Assembly (NCBI GenBank): GCA_963806225.1
Contig: CAWDXG010000004.1
Span: forward strand, 1,216,001 to 1,280,000
Origin: an uncultured delta proteobacterium
GTDB taxonomy: Bacteria > Myxococcota_A > Polyangia > Polyangiales > Polyangiaceae
Reading direction: 5' to 3'
Length of the DNA stretch: 64,000 nt
Both the position numbers and the translations under genes were made by a program. Under the pieces are notes generated by a model that was not told where the DNA came from, did not search any database, and saw only the letters and a program-made list of their open reading frames with translations. Shown piece by piece: positions 31,277 to 44,266 of this stretch. How positions within the stretch are numbered: the first letter of the stretch is position 1; each line of letters opens with the position of its first letter.

Positions 31277-32497
31277 ATGTCCTCCCGCAGCTGGATAATC
31301 GCCGTCGCTTTACTGGCCGCCGCGTGCTCGAGCGGAGCCGAGTCCAACGTCACTCCGTCCGGAGGCGGCGGCGGCAGCGGCGGGTCGTCGGTCAAGACGT
31401 GCGTGTCCTGCGCCGCAGACACGAAGTGCGCTTCGGGGTCGAGCTGCACGATCCTGACCGGACAGGCGTGGTGCCTGCGCAGGTGTCCGAAAGGCGATGA
31501 ATGCGGCGCTGGCGAGGCTTGTCTGCTCGAGAGCGGCGTCTCCGGCGACCCGCTCATGGTGTGCGTGCCGCAGGCGGAGTGCGGTCAGCCGCCGACCGGC
31601 GACGCGGGGCCGCCGGTGGATGCGGCACCACCCCCGCAGGACACCGGCGGCGGCACGGGCGGGAGTGGCGGCAGCGCAGCGGACGCTGGCGCAGGCTCGC
31701 CGCTGCTGTTCGCGGCTGTGGGCGACACACGCGGCTCCCTGCCGCTCACCGTGAGCTACCCGACAGCGGTCATCACGCAGATCTACACGACTATCCAGGG
31801 GCTCACACCGCGGCCCGCGTTCGTGGTGTCCACGGGAGACTACGCGTTCGAGATCGCCAGCGACACGTCGTCGCAGCTCGACCTGTATCTCGGCGCGCGC
31901 AAGGTCTTCACGGGCCCGTTCTATCCAGCGATGGGCAACCACGAGTGCACGTGGCTGACGACGTCCAACTGCGGGCCCGGCACAGCGGACGGGATGACCG
32001 CGCAGTACAAGGCGTTCTTGAGCAAGGTCCTCGCTTCAGCGGGCCAGACGCTGCCCTACTACGGCATCGAGCACGACGCGCCGGACGGCTCGTGGACGAG
32101 CAAATTCGTTTTCATCGCCGCCAACGCGTGGACGGACGCGCAGGGCGTCTGGCTCGACAAGACGCTGTCCGTGCCGACGACCTACACCTTCATCGTGCGT
32201 CACGAGCCGAGCAGCGCCAGCACCGCACCCGGCGTCAAGCCCTCCGACGCGATCATCGCCAAGCACCCGTACACGCTGATCATCGTCGGGCACATCCACA
32301 CCTACAGCCACAACGGCCGGGAAGCGATGTTCGGCAATGGCGGCGCGCCGAAGAGCGGCACCAAGGGCTGGGGCTTCGGCCTGTTCCACCGGCGCGCAGA
32401 CGGCGCGATCCAGGTCGAGGCGCGCGACTACCAGACCGCCGCGCCCGATCCATCGTTCACGTTCGCGGTGCACGCGGACGGAACGCCCGCGCCGTGA
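31277..32497 (+). CDS. Calcineurin-like metallophosphoesterase lipoprotein with Cys-rich N-domain
   Basis: Lipobox LAAA-C. Metallophosphoesterase motifs GDTR, TGDY, MGNHE, RHEP, GHIH. Confidence 0.85.
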   Translation: MSSRSWIIAVALLAAACSSGAESNVTPSGGGGGSGGSSVKTCVSCAADTKCASGSSCTILTGQAWCLRRCPKGDECGAGEACLLESGVSGDPLMVCVPQAECGQPPTGDAGPPVDAAPPPQDTGGGTGGSGGSAADAGAGSPLLFAAVGDTRGSLPLTVSYPTAVITQIYTTIQGLTPRPAFVVSTGDYAFEIASDTSSQLDLYLGARKVFTGPFYPAMGNHECTWLTTSNCGPGTADGMTAQYKAFLSKVLASAGQTLPYYGIEHDAPDGSWTSKFVFIAANAWTDAQGVWLDKTLSVPTTYTFIVRHEPSSASTAPGVKPSDAIIAKHPYTLIIVGHIHTYSHNGREAMFGNGGAPKSGTKGWGFGLFHRRADGAIQVEARDYQTAAPDPSFTFAVHADGTPAP

Positions 32498-33201
32498 AAC
32501 GCGCCGCGCTGCTCGCGGCGCTGGGCGGCGTTCTCCTCGCGTCGCTGGCTCTGTACAAGATCCGCCACCATGCGCCGGCGCAGTCTCTCGCATCGGCGCA
32601 GCCCAGCGCATCGGCCGCGCTCTTTGGCCCCGTACTACGCATCGCTCGCGCCCGCGTGCCCGTGGAGATCGACGCCGAACCGCAGGACTGGCGCGGACCA
32701 CATGCACAGACCGGCGTGTGGAAAAGCGTGGACGGCCGCCGCGCGCCGGATTCGGAGGCGCACCTGTCGTGGGGCGACGGCAAGCTGTACGTGCTGCTCT
32801 ACGCCGCCGACCAGGACATCCGCGCCAGCGTGAAGACGCCGGACGCGCCGCTCTGGCCAGAAGATGCTTTCCGTCTTGCGTTCACGCACGCGAAAGACGC
32901 ATCGTCGCGTGTGATCTACGTCTCGCCCATCGGCACGCTCACCGACGAGATCGAGACAGGCAGGCGCGTCGACACCTCGTGGCAGTCCCGCGCCGTTGTG
33001 GCTCACGACCTCGACGGTACGCCGAACGATCCGCGCGACGACGACGAGGAGTGGATCATCGAAATGGCCATCCCGCTCTCGTCCATCGGCATGCGCGGCG
33101 TACCGGGCGCAAGCGTCGGCCTGTCGCTCGGGCGCTGCGACGTGCCGAAGGGCGCCGATCGGCGCTGCACCGCCTGGAAGGGCCGCATCGTCCTGCGCTG
33201 A
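32494..33201 (+). CDS. CBM9/DOMON-like sugar-binding protein
   Basis: GTG overlaps the upstream stop. N-terminal TM, LSWGDGKLYV, LWPEDAF, WIIEMAIPL. Confidence 0.7.
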   Translation: MKRAALLAALGGVLLASLALYKIRHHAPAQSLASAQPSASAALFGPVLRIARARVPVEIDAEPQDWRGPHAQTGVWKSVDGRRAPDSEAHLSWGDGKLYVLLYAADQDIRASVKTPDAPLWPEDAFRLAFTHAKDASSRVIYVSPIGTLTDEIETGRRVDTSWQSRAVVAHDLDGTPNDPRDDDEEWIIEMAIPLSSIGMRGVPGASVGLSLGRCDVPKGADRRCTAWKGRIVLR

Positions 33202-33292
33202 CTGCTGCCCGGGCGGCGCCGGCAGGCCGGCGCGGGCGCCTTCGCTGCAACGCTCGGCTCGCCGCGCGACTTCAGGCTACAGTCGGTGCACG

Positions 33293-34153
33293 ATGAGCCG
33301 GGACCACGGACAATCGAAGGAGCGCGCGGACCCGAAGTCCATGCTGGGACAGCACGGACTGGTCGCGAAGCGCCACTTCGGGCAGAACTTCCTGGCCGAC
33401 GCGCACCTGGCGGCGCGAATCGCGGAGCTGTGCACCACGCCGCCGGGCGGCACCGTGGTCGAGCTCGGCGCTGGGCTCGGCGCGCTGACGCGGCCGCTGC
33501 TCGAGCGAGCAGCGCGCGTCGTGGCGGTCGAGCGCGATCGCGATCTGGTCCCGGTGCTGCGCACCGAGCTCGCCCGGGCGATCGAGGAGGGTCGGCTGCA
33601 GCTGGAGGAAGCGGACGCGAAGGGCGTGAACCTCGCGGCGCTCTTCGCGGGCGGACCGCGGCCTCACGTGCTCGCCGGCAACCTGCCCTACCAGATCAGC
33701 GGGCCGCTTTTGGCGCGCGCGATCGAGCACGGCGCGCTGTTCGATCGCGTGGTGTTCCTGCTGCAGCTCGAGGTCGCTGACCGGCTCGCAGCGCGACCGG
33801 GCGACGAGGCGTACGGCGCGCTGTCTGTTTTCTCGCAGGCGCGCTTCGCGCCACGGCGGGCGTTCGTGGTGCGGCGCGGGGCGTTCTATCCGCAGCCGCG
33901 GGTGGACTCGGCCGTGGTCGTGCTCGAGCCGCTGGAGACGCCCTACGAAGAGACGGAAACGCTGCGCCAGCTCGTCCACGCCGCCTTCGGCAAGCGCCGC
34001 AAGAAGCTCGCCAACGCCTGGAAGGGGTTGTTCGACCTGGATGCCGAGGCGCTGTCGCAGGCGGCCGAGCGGGCCGACGTGGACCTAGGGGCGCGCGGCG
34101 AGACGCTGGATGTGGCAGCCTTCGCGCGTATGGCAGAGGAGCTCGAGCGATGA
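33293..34153 (+). CDS. rsmA: 16S rRNA m6,2A dimethyltransferase KsgA
   Basis: KRHFGQNFL, VVELGAGLGALT, AGNLPYQIS, FYPQPRVDSAVV, RRKKL. Confidence 0.95.
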   Translation: MSRDHGQSKERADPKSMLGQHGLVAKRHFGQNFLADAHLAARIAELCTTPPGGTVVELGAGLGALTRPLLERAARVVAVERDRDLVPVLRTELARAIEEGRLQLEEADAKGVNLAALFAGGPRPHVLAGNLPYQISGPLLARAIEHGALFDRVVFLLQLEVADRLAARPGDEAYGALSVFSQARFAPRRAFVVRRGAFYPQPRVDSAVVVLEPLETPYEETETLRQLVHAAFGKRRKKLANAWKGLFDLDAEALSQAAERADVDLGARGETLDVAAFARMAEELER

Positions 34154-34629
34154 AGCAGAGGGCCACGGTCGCTGCGACGCTCGCCCTCGCGCTCGGCGCG
34201 ATCAGCGCGTGCCGGAGCAAGCCCGCACCAGCCAACCCGCTGGTGAAGCGCGCGCAGTTCGGGATCTTCTTCGGCGGGCAGGTACAAGAGCGCCGGGAGA
34301 TCCCATTCGAGGTCGACCGCGCCAGGCAGCTCTCGGGCTTCCGCATCGATTTCGACAGGCCGCTTCGCCAAGCCCACGAGGTGAAGTGGGAAATCAGCAT
34401 GCCGGGCGGCGGACGCAGCCGCAAGCGACTGGTCCACGTGGATCAGCAGCAGGTGCACGCCGGGCAGAAGCGACTCGATCACCCCATGCCTTTCAAGCCA
34501 GGCGATCCACTGGGCGTCTGGAACCTCCGGGTCATGGTCGACCGGACGCTCGTCATCGACCGCATGTTCCGCGTGTACGACGCGGCTCGCCGCGCGCGCC
34601 AGCGCGCGCAACGCGACGGCGGCCCCTGA
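34150..34629 (+). CDS. Hypothetical lipoprotein
   Basis: Lipobox ISA-C. ATGA overlap with rsmA. Confidence 0.65.
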   Translation: MKQRATVAATLALALGAISACRSKPAPANPLVKRAQFGIFFGGQVQERREIPFEVDRARQLSGFRIDFDRPLRQAHEVKWEISMPGGGRSRKRLVHVDQQQVHAGQKRLDHPMPFKPGDPLGVWNLRVMVDRTLVIDRMFRVYDAARRARQRAQRDGGP

Positions 34630-34654
34630 CGCAGTGGTGAAGCGAGCCTGCGAG

Positions 34655-35962
34655 ATGGCGTTGAATTGCCGGAGCGGACGCCGGGCGCTGGCGCTGGCGC
34701 TATCGCTGCCGGCACTCGGGGGCTGCGCATCGGCTCGATCGCTGGCAGCCGAGAACGTCGGCGCCCCACTGCACGCAACGGCGCCCACGGCCGCCCTGCT
34801 CGTCGTGGGCGAGGCCAGAGCGGACGTCGAACGGTCGTTCCGGGTTGCCCTGGGACGCTCCGACCGCGTGCGGCTCCGCCCCGCGGAGCAGACACGCCAA
34901 GCCTGGAACCCTCCAACCGACGCATCCGCTCCGACCGTGGAGGAGGCCTGCGACATCGGCCGCAGGCTGCAGGTCGAGAGCGTCATCATCGCGACTGCGC
35001 ACGCCTCGGTCAGCGAAAACTCCTCCTGCGTCGCCACCGATATCTTGAGCAAGAACGGCCGCTGCGTCGCGTACCGCAAGGACGGGACGTACTCCGGCTC
35101 GGTGAGTGCCGACGTGCGCATCTTGGCAACATGGCCGTGCCGGCAACAACTCGCGCTCGGCGTCAGCGGCGGCACGGACGGCAAGGGCGTCCACGACAGC
35201 TCGACGGCGGCGGACCTGGCGCACCAGGCGTTCGAGCGGAATCTCGCGCGAGCCCTACCGGAAGCGTTCCCTATCGGCGCCCGCGTGACCGCGTCCGACG
35301 GCACGCGCGGCCGGATCCCGCGCGGCAGCAACGACGGCGTCCGTCACGGGCAGGTCCTGGGCGTCATGCGCGGCGACACGGCGGCGGGGCACGTGGTCGT
35401 GGACGACGTCCGCTCGCGGAGTGCGGACGTTGTGGCGTTCACAGGCGACGTCACGCTGCGCCGGGGCGACCTCCTGGCGGAATCGGGCACAACCTGTTGT
35501 CTCGAGCTCACGCCGGTGGCTGTGGCGCTCGGGGCAGACGTCGGCGGCCGGAGGCGCGTCGGCGGGGGCGGCGGGCTCCGCGTCGACTGGTACCAGCCGC
35601 TGGGCTCACTCCTGATCTCGAGCACCCTCGCCCGCGTTTCGGTCGGTGACGGCGTCGCCACGAACCTCTGGACCGCCGGAGCCGGCTGGATGTGGCGGAT
35701 CTCCGAGCGCGGCTCGAGGCTGTACGCACTCCTGGGCGGGGGCGTCGAGGACTCGCGCAGCCACGGTCTGCACGCCGAGGGCGTGTTGGGTCAACTTGCG
35801 CTCGGGGCCAAGCTGCGGCTCAGCGACAACTTCTGGTTCGACGGCGAAGCCGGCTGGCAGCTCGGCACACGGATGGAGAGCTGGGGCTCAAGCTCCCCGC
35901 CTCCGTACGTCGACCTCGGCGGCCCGCTCGCACGAGCCGGGGTCGGCCTACGGATCCCGTAG
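34655..35962 (+). CDS. Hypothetical lipoprotein with C-terminal beta-barrel-like domain
   Basis: Lipobox LGG-C, a middle segment resembling FlgT C-domains (GSNDGVRHGQVL), and amphipathic strands ending GVGLRIP. Confidence 0.55.
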   Translation: MALNCRSGRRALALALSLPALGGCASARSLAAENVGAPLHATAPTAALLVVGEARADVERSFRVALGRSDRVRLRPAEQTRQAWNPPTDASAPTVEEACDIGRRLQVESVIIATAHASVSENSSCVATDILSKNGRCVAYRKDGTYSGSVSADVRILATWPCRQQLALGVSGGTDGKGVHDSSTAADLAHQAFERNLARALPEAFPIGARVTASDGTRGRIPRGSNDGVRHGQVLGVMRGDTAAGHVVVDDVRSRSADVVAFTGDVTLRRGDLLAESGTTCCLELTPVAVALGADVGGRRRVGGGGGLRVDWYQPLGSLLISSTLARVSVGDGVATNLWTAGAGWMWRISERGSRLYALLGGGVEDSRSHGLHAEGVLGQLALGAKLRLSDNFWFDGEAGWQLGTRMESWGSSSPPPYVDLGGPLARAGVGLRIP

Positions 35963-35968
35963 AGCGCT

Positions 35969-38022
<2,054 letters not shown>

Positions 38023-38180
38023 TTCGCTCTCGTCCTGGGGGTTCGCTCGTGGCGCGCTCGGCTCCGATCCAGGCCTTTGCACGGCCTCTCGTCCGGGCCC
38101 GAGCCCGCGCGGCCGTCTAGCACGATGGGACCGGCCTGCCAACGGTCATGACGCGACGCGTGGGCGGGCGTTGCGAGCCG

Positions 38181-39215
38181 TCAACCGTCGAACAGGCGCA
38201 GCTGGCCGCCGCGGTCCGTCGGACGCCTGAAGCTGGCGGGGGCGGGACCGGCCGAGCCGCCCGTTTCCAGCCCCAGCCGTCGCGCCGTGGTCTCGAACAG
38301 GGCGCGGATCGCTTCGGCGTACGGGCCCGAACCGCTCATGCGACGCCCGAAGCGCGGATCGTCCAGACGGCCTCCGCGCGTCTGCCGGACGCGCGCGAGC
38401 ACGCGCTCGGCCGCCAGCGGCAAGGCCTGGCGCAGCCGCCGCTCGAAGACGTGCTGCACGTTGCCCGGCAGGCGCAGCATGACGAGCGCCGCCGAGCGCG
38501 CGCCAGCGCGCGCGGCGGCCTCCAGCACGAGCGGGATATCCCGGTCGTTCAGCCCGGGGATGACCGGCGCCACGTTGACGGTCACTGGGATCCCCGCGTC
38601 GGCGAGCCGCTGCACGGTCCGGAGCCGCCGGACGGGAGTCGCCACCCCCGGCTCGATGGCGCGCGCGTTGTCCTGGTCGAAGAACGGCACGCTCACCGAC
38701 ACGCCGGCGCGCGCGAACGCCGCGAGCCGCGAGAGCACGTCGATGTCCCGCTCCACCAGCGGCGCCTTGGTGATGAGGTGCACGGGATTCCGGTACTCCG
38801 CGCAGACTTCCAGACAGCGCCGCGTGAGGGCGTAGCCGGCTTCGAGCGGCTGGTAGCAGTCGGTGTTGCCGCTGATGACGATCAGCTCGCCCTGCCAGGA
38901 GCGCCGTTCGAACACCTCGCGGAGCAGCGCGGGCGCTCGCGGTTTGACAACGATGCGCCGCTCGAAATCCACACCGCTGCCGAAGCCCAGGTACTCGTGG
39001 CTGGGGCGCGCGTAGCAGTACGCACAAGCGTGCTGGCAGCCCCGGTACGGGTTGAGACTCCAGCGGAAGCCTACGTCGGGGCTGTCGTTTTCGGCGAGGA
39101 TGCTGCGTGAGTGATCCTCGTAGACCTGGAGCTGCTGCGTAGGTGGCTCGCCGAGATACTCGACGTGCGCCGACTGCCAGGGGTTCGGCGGATTGTCGAC
39201 CGGCAGGGCCTTCAC
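38181..39215 (-). CDS. PA0069/Rv2578c-family radical SAM protein (SplB-like, DNA-repair associated)
   Basis: SLNPYRGCQHACAYCYARPSHEYL, GNTDCYQPLE, APVIPGLND, C-terminal QLRLF. Probable GTG start at 39215. Confidence 0.88.
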   Translation of the reverse strand: MKALPVDNPPNPWQSAHVEYLGEPPTQQLQVYEDHSRSILAENDSPDVGFRWSLNPYRGCQHACAYCYARPSHEYLGFGSGVDFERRIVVKPRAPALLREVFERRSWQGELIVISGNTDCYQPLEAGYALTRRCLEVCAEYRNPVHLITKAPLVERDIDVLSRLAAFARAGVSVSVPFFDQDNARAIEPGVATPVRRLRTVQRLADAGIPVTVNVAPVIPGLNDRDIPLVLEAAARAGARSAALVMLRLPGNVQHVFERRLRQALPLAAERVLARVRQTRGGRLDDPRFGRRMSGSGPYAEAIRALFETTARRLGLETGGSAGPAPASFRRPTDRGGQLRLFDG

Positions 39216-39230
39216 CCGCCGATCGTTATA

Positions 39231-39248
39231 CTGTAACATCTGTTCAGT
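39231..39248. promoter_or_regulatory. Putative myxobacterial LexA (SOS) box
   Basis: CTGTAACATCTGTTCAGT matches the first 16 positions of the Myxococcus consensus CTRHAMRYBYGTTCAGS if one T is removed. It lies 15 bp upstream of the radical SAM start. Confidence 0.6.
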
Positions 39249-39397
39249 CAATAGCGAGGGCTCCGGCTGGGGCGGAATGTTGCAGGAACGGGCCGTGAGC
39301 GCGCGCGGGCACGAGCAACAAACGGGCCAGAATCCAAGCAGAAATCCGGGGAATCACGCCTTGGCTCGCGCTCGTTTTGCGGTATGCCTAACTTGCT

Positions 39398-41302
39398 GTG
39401 ATCGGGCAGGAGACCATCGACCGTGTCCGACAACAGACGGGGATCGTTGCGCTTATCGGCGAGAGCGTGAAGCTCCAGAAGCGCGGCCGCAGCCACGTCG
39501 GGCTCTGCCCATTCCACAAGGAAAAGACGCCCAGCTTCCACGTCAACGAGGAGCGCGGCTTCTATCATTGCTTCGGTTGCGGCGCGTCCGGCGACGCCAT
39601 CAAGTTCCTTCAGGAAATTTCCGGGCTGCCTTTCGTGGAGGCGGTCCGGGAGCTGGCGGCTCGTGTGGGTATCGAGGTCGTCGAGGACGCGTCCGACGCC
39701 GAGCGCAAACAGCAGGCGGAAGCGCGGCGCCGGCAGCAGGAGCTGTACGAAGTGGGCAACGCCGCAGCCGCTTTCTTCGAGCGCATGCTGCGCGAGCATC
39801 CGCTGCGACGAGGCGCTCTCGGCGAGCTGGAGCGCCGCGGTCTGTCCCCCACCTCGTCCACCGATTCGATCGCGGACGCGCTGCAGGCCTTCCGCATCGG
39901 CTATGCACCCTACGGCTGGGATCTGCTCTCGCGCTATCTGCTAGACAAGGGTTTCAGTCTGCAGGCCGCGGAAAGGGTCGGGCTGCTGGTACCGCGCAAG
40001 AGCGGCTCGGGGCACTACGATCGCTTCCGGCACCGGTTGATGTTCGCCGTGCTGGATCTGCACGGACGCGTTATCGCGTTCAGCGGCCGCGCGCTCGATC
40101 CGCCGGACGAAGCGGAGCTGCGCGAGGCGGGGCTCGAGGCAATGGGTTCGACGCAGAGCGAGGTCGCCAAGTACGTGAACTCGCCCGAGTCACCCATCTA
40201 CAAGAAGCGCGAGGCGGTGTTCGGTCTGTACCAGGCGCGCCAGAGTCTGCGCAGCGACGCCGAGTGCGTCCTGGTCGAAGGCAACTTCGACGTGATGGGC
40301 TTGCATGCGCGCGGCATCCAGAACGTCGTCGCTCCGCTGGGCACGGCCTTTACTCCCGAGCAGGCCCGCCAGATCAAGCGCTTTGCGCCGGGCGTCACGC
40401 TGCTGTTCGACGGCGATTCGGCGGGCCGTCGTGCGGCCCGTGCCGCACGCGAAGCCTGCCGCGAAGCCGGCCTGCACGCGCGCGTCGCCACGCTCCCGGA
40501 CGGGATCGATCCGGACGACCTCGCGCGCCAACAGGGCGCCGAGGCGGTGCGCCGCGTGATCGGCGCGGCCCGCGGCATGCTGGAATATCTCATCGACAGT
40601 GCCCTCGATGGGGGCTTCGCAGCCGACGACGCGCGGGCCCGGGCAGCAAAAATCCGGGAGGTCACCGAGCTGCTTGCGGCCGAGGACGACCCCGCCGTCC
40701 GCGCCATGGCCGAGCAGCACGCCGACCGCATCGCTGAGCGGCTCGGCATCGCAGATGCCCGCACTTTCCGGGCGCTTGCGGCCTCTGTGCGACACGCCTT
40801 GCGAGAACCGCGCCAAGGCGAGGGAAAGGGCCGACCGAAGCGTGCCGAGCCCCCGTCGAGGGCGCGATCACGAGACCGCCGCTTGGAGATCGGTCTAGAA
40901 ATACTCGGCGCTTTCCTGGACTACCCCCAGCTTCTCGATACACAAGAAGGAGTAGAAGGGGTGCAGCTCCTTGAAGGCGATGCGGCCGCAGCAGTTGCTG
41001 CACTGCGTCAAGCTTGGGATGGAATGGCTTTGACAGACGCCGAACAAGTTCTTGCGAAGCTGGCGCCATCGATCCATCCATTCGCCGCTGCTCGGCTAGC
41101 GGCTCCTCGGCACGAGAAGCTCGAGGACGCGAAGCTGGAGTTTTCGGAGAACGTCAACAAGTTGAAACGGCTCGAGCTGACGCGCCAGAAGTCCGAAGTG
41201 GTGGAGGAACTCCAGCGCGCTGCAGCGAGCGGTGATTTCGACCAGGAAATCACGCTGCTCAGCGAGCACATGCGCCGTGCGCGGGAACGTCACGGTCTCT
41301 GA
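39398..41302 (+). CDS. dnaG: DNA primase
   Basis: CHC2 zinc finger CPFHKEKTPSF...HCFGC, DRFRHRLMF, KYVNSPES, VEGNFDV, FDGDSAG, DPDD. Confidence 0.96.
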   Translation: MIGQETIDRVRQQTGIVALIGESVKLQKRGRSHVGLCPFHKEKTPSFHVNEERGFYHCFGCGASGDAIKFLQEISGLPFVEAVRELAARVGIEVVEDASDAERKQQAEARRRQQELYEVGNAAAAFFERMLREHPLRRGALGELERRGLSPTSSTDSIADALQAFRIGYAPYGWDLLSRYLLDKGFSLQAAERVGLLVPRKSGSGHYDRFRHRLMFAVLDLHGRVIAFSGRALDPPDEAELREAGLEAMGSTQSEVAKYVNSPESPIYKKREAVFGLYQARQSLRSDAECVLVEGNFDVMGLHARGIQNVVAPLGTAFTPEQARQIKRFAPGVTLLFDGDSAGRRAARAAREACREAGLHARVATLPDGIDPDDLARQQGAEAVRRVIGAARGMLEYLIDSALDGGFAADDARARAAKIREVTELLAAEDDPAVRAMAEQHADRIAERLGIADARTFRALAASVRHALREPRQGEGKGRPKRAEPPSRARSRDRRLEIGLEILGAFLDYPQLLDTQEGVEGVQLLEGDAAAAVAALRQAWDGMALTDAEQVLAKLAPSIHPFAAARLAAPRHEKLEDAKLEFSENVNKLKRLELTRQKSEVVEELQRAAASGDFDQEITLLSEHMRRARERHGL

Positions 41303-41314
41303 AGAGAGGTAGCG

Positions 41315-43513
<2,199 letters not shown>

Positions 43514-43515
43514 GC

Positions 43516-44019
43516 TCAGTCGTTCTTCGCGCCGAGGCAGATCCAGTCGTAGAGCGTCTGCATTTGTGCGGGTGGGAGCGGCGCGCCGTTCTTCGGCATG
43601 GGCAGGCCCATGCACATGCCGTGGCCGGTCAGCTTGTGCACCAGATAGCTCTGGTCCGGAGCGCCAGGGACGACGAGCGGCCTGCCGTCGCAACACTCGT
43701 GCGAGTGGGCGCTGGTGATCGACGCATAGTCGCTCCAACCGGCGGAGCCGTGACAGGCCTCCCCGCTGCAGCTGCCGGAAAGGAGCGGAGCGACGTCCGC
43801 GGAGAAGCTGACCGAGCTTTGCGAAGGCGTGCAGCCGGCGTCCCCCTTGTCCTGGCCGGCATCCACGCACTGGATTCCTGCGTCGATGAGGAAGGTACCG
43901 GATCCTCCGGAACCCGCTGTTCCCGAATCGCCTGGTACGTTGCTGGGCCCGCTCTGCGGCGAGCTGCTGCAACCGAGCGGTCCCAGCAACAGCGCGAGCA
44001 GGCAGCACAAGCTTCGCAT
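43516..44019 (-). CDS. Lipoprotein with cytochrome-c-like domain (CX4CH)
   Basis: Lipobox PLG-C, then [35 protein letters not shown], and LYDWICLGA. Confidence 0.65.
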   Translation of the reverse strand: MRSLCCLLALLLGPLGCSSSPQSGPSNVPGDSGTAGSGGSGTFLIDAGIQCVDAGQDKGDAGCTPSQSSVSFSADVAPLLSGSCSGEACHGSAGWSDYASITSAHSHECCDGRPLVVPGAPDQSYLVHKLTGHGMCMGLPMPKNGAPLPPAQMQTLYDWICLGAKND

Positions 44020-44266
44020 CGGTTCAACAAGCAACGGCACGCGGGCGTTATGCCCGCATCGCGAAATCCCATTCTGCCAGCTTTCCGGCCGGCGGTGCCG
44101 GAAGGCGGCATCTTGCGTCGAGCCGTGACCTAGCCGGGTGGGGCGCGGACCTCCCGGTGAGAGGCCGCGCCCGGTACTCCACCGAGCGGGCTGCTTGCAT
44201 CGCGGGCGGCCCGGCGGCAGGTTCAGTCGACCGGCGCTGGCAGGCGCCGCCACGAAAGGGGCCAGC

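Noticed and set aside
28754..32497. Apparent 1247-aa S9 peptidase-metallophosphoesterase fusion
   Set aside because: One extra base near 31088 bypasses a natural end (LEIAHLEG*). The downstream part has its own start and lipoprotein signal peptide, so these are two genes.
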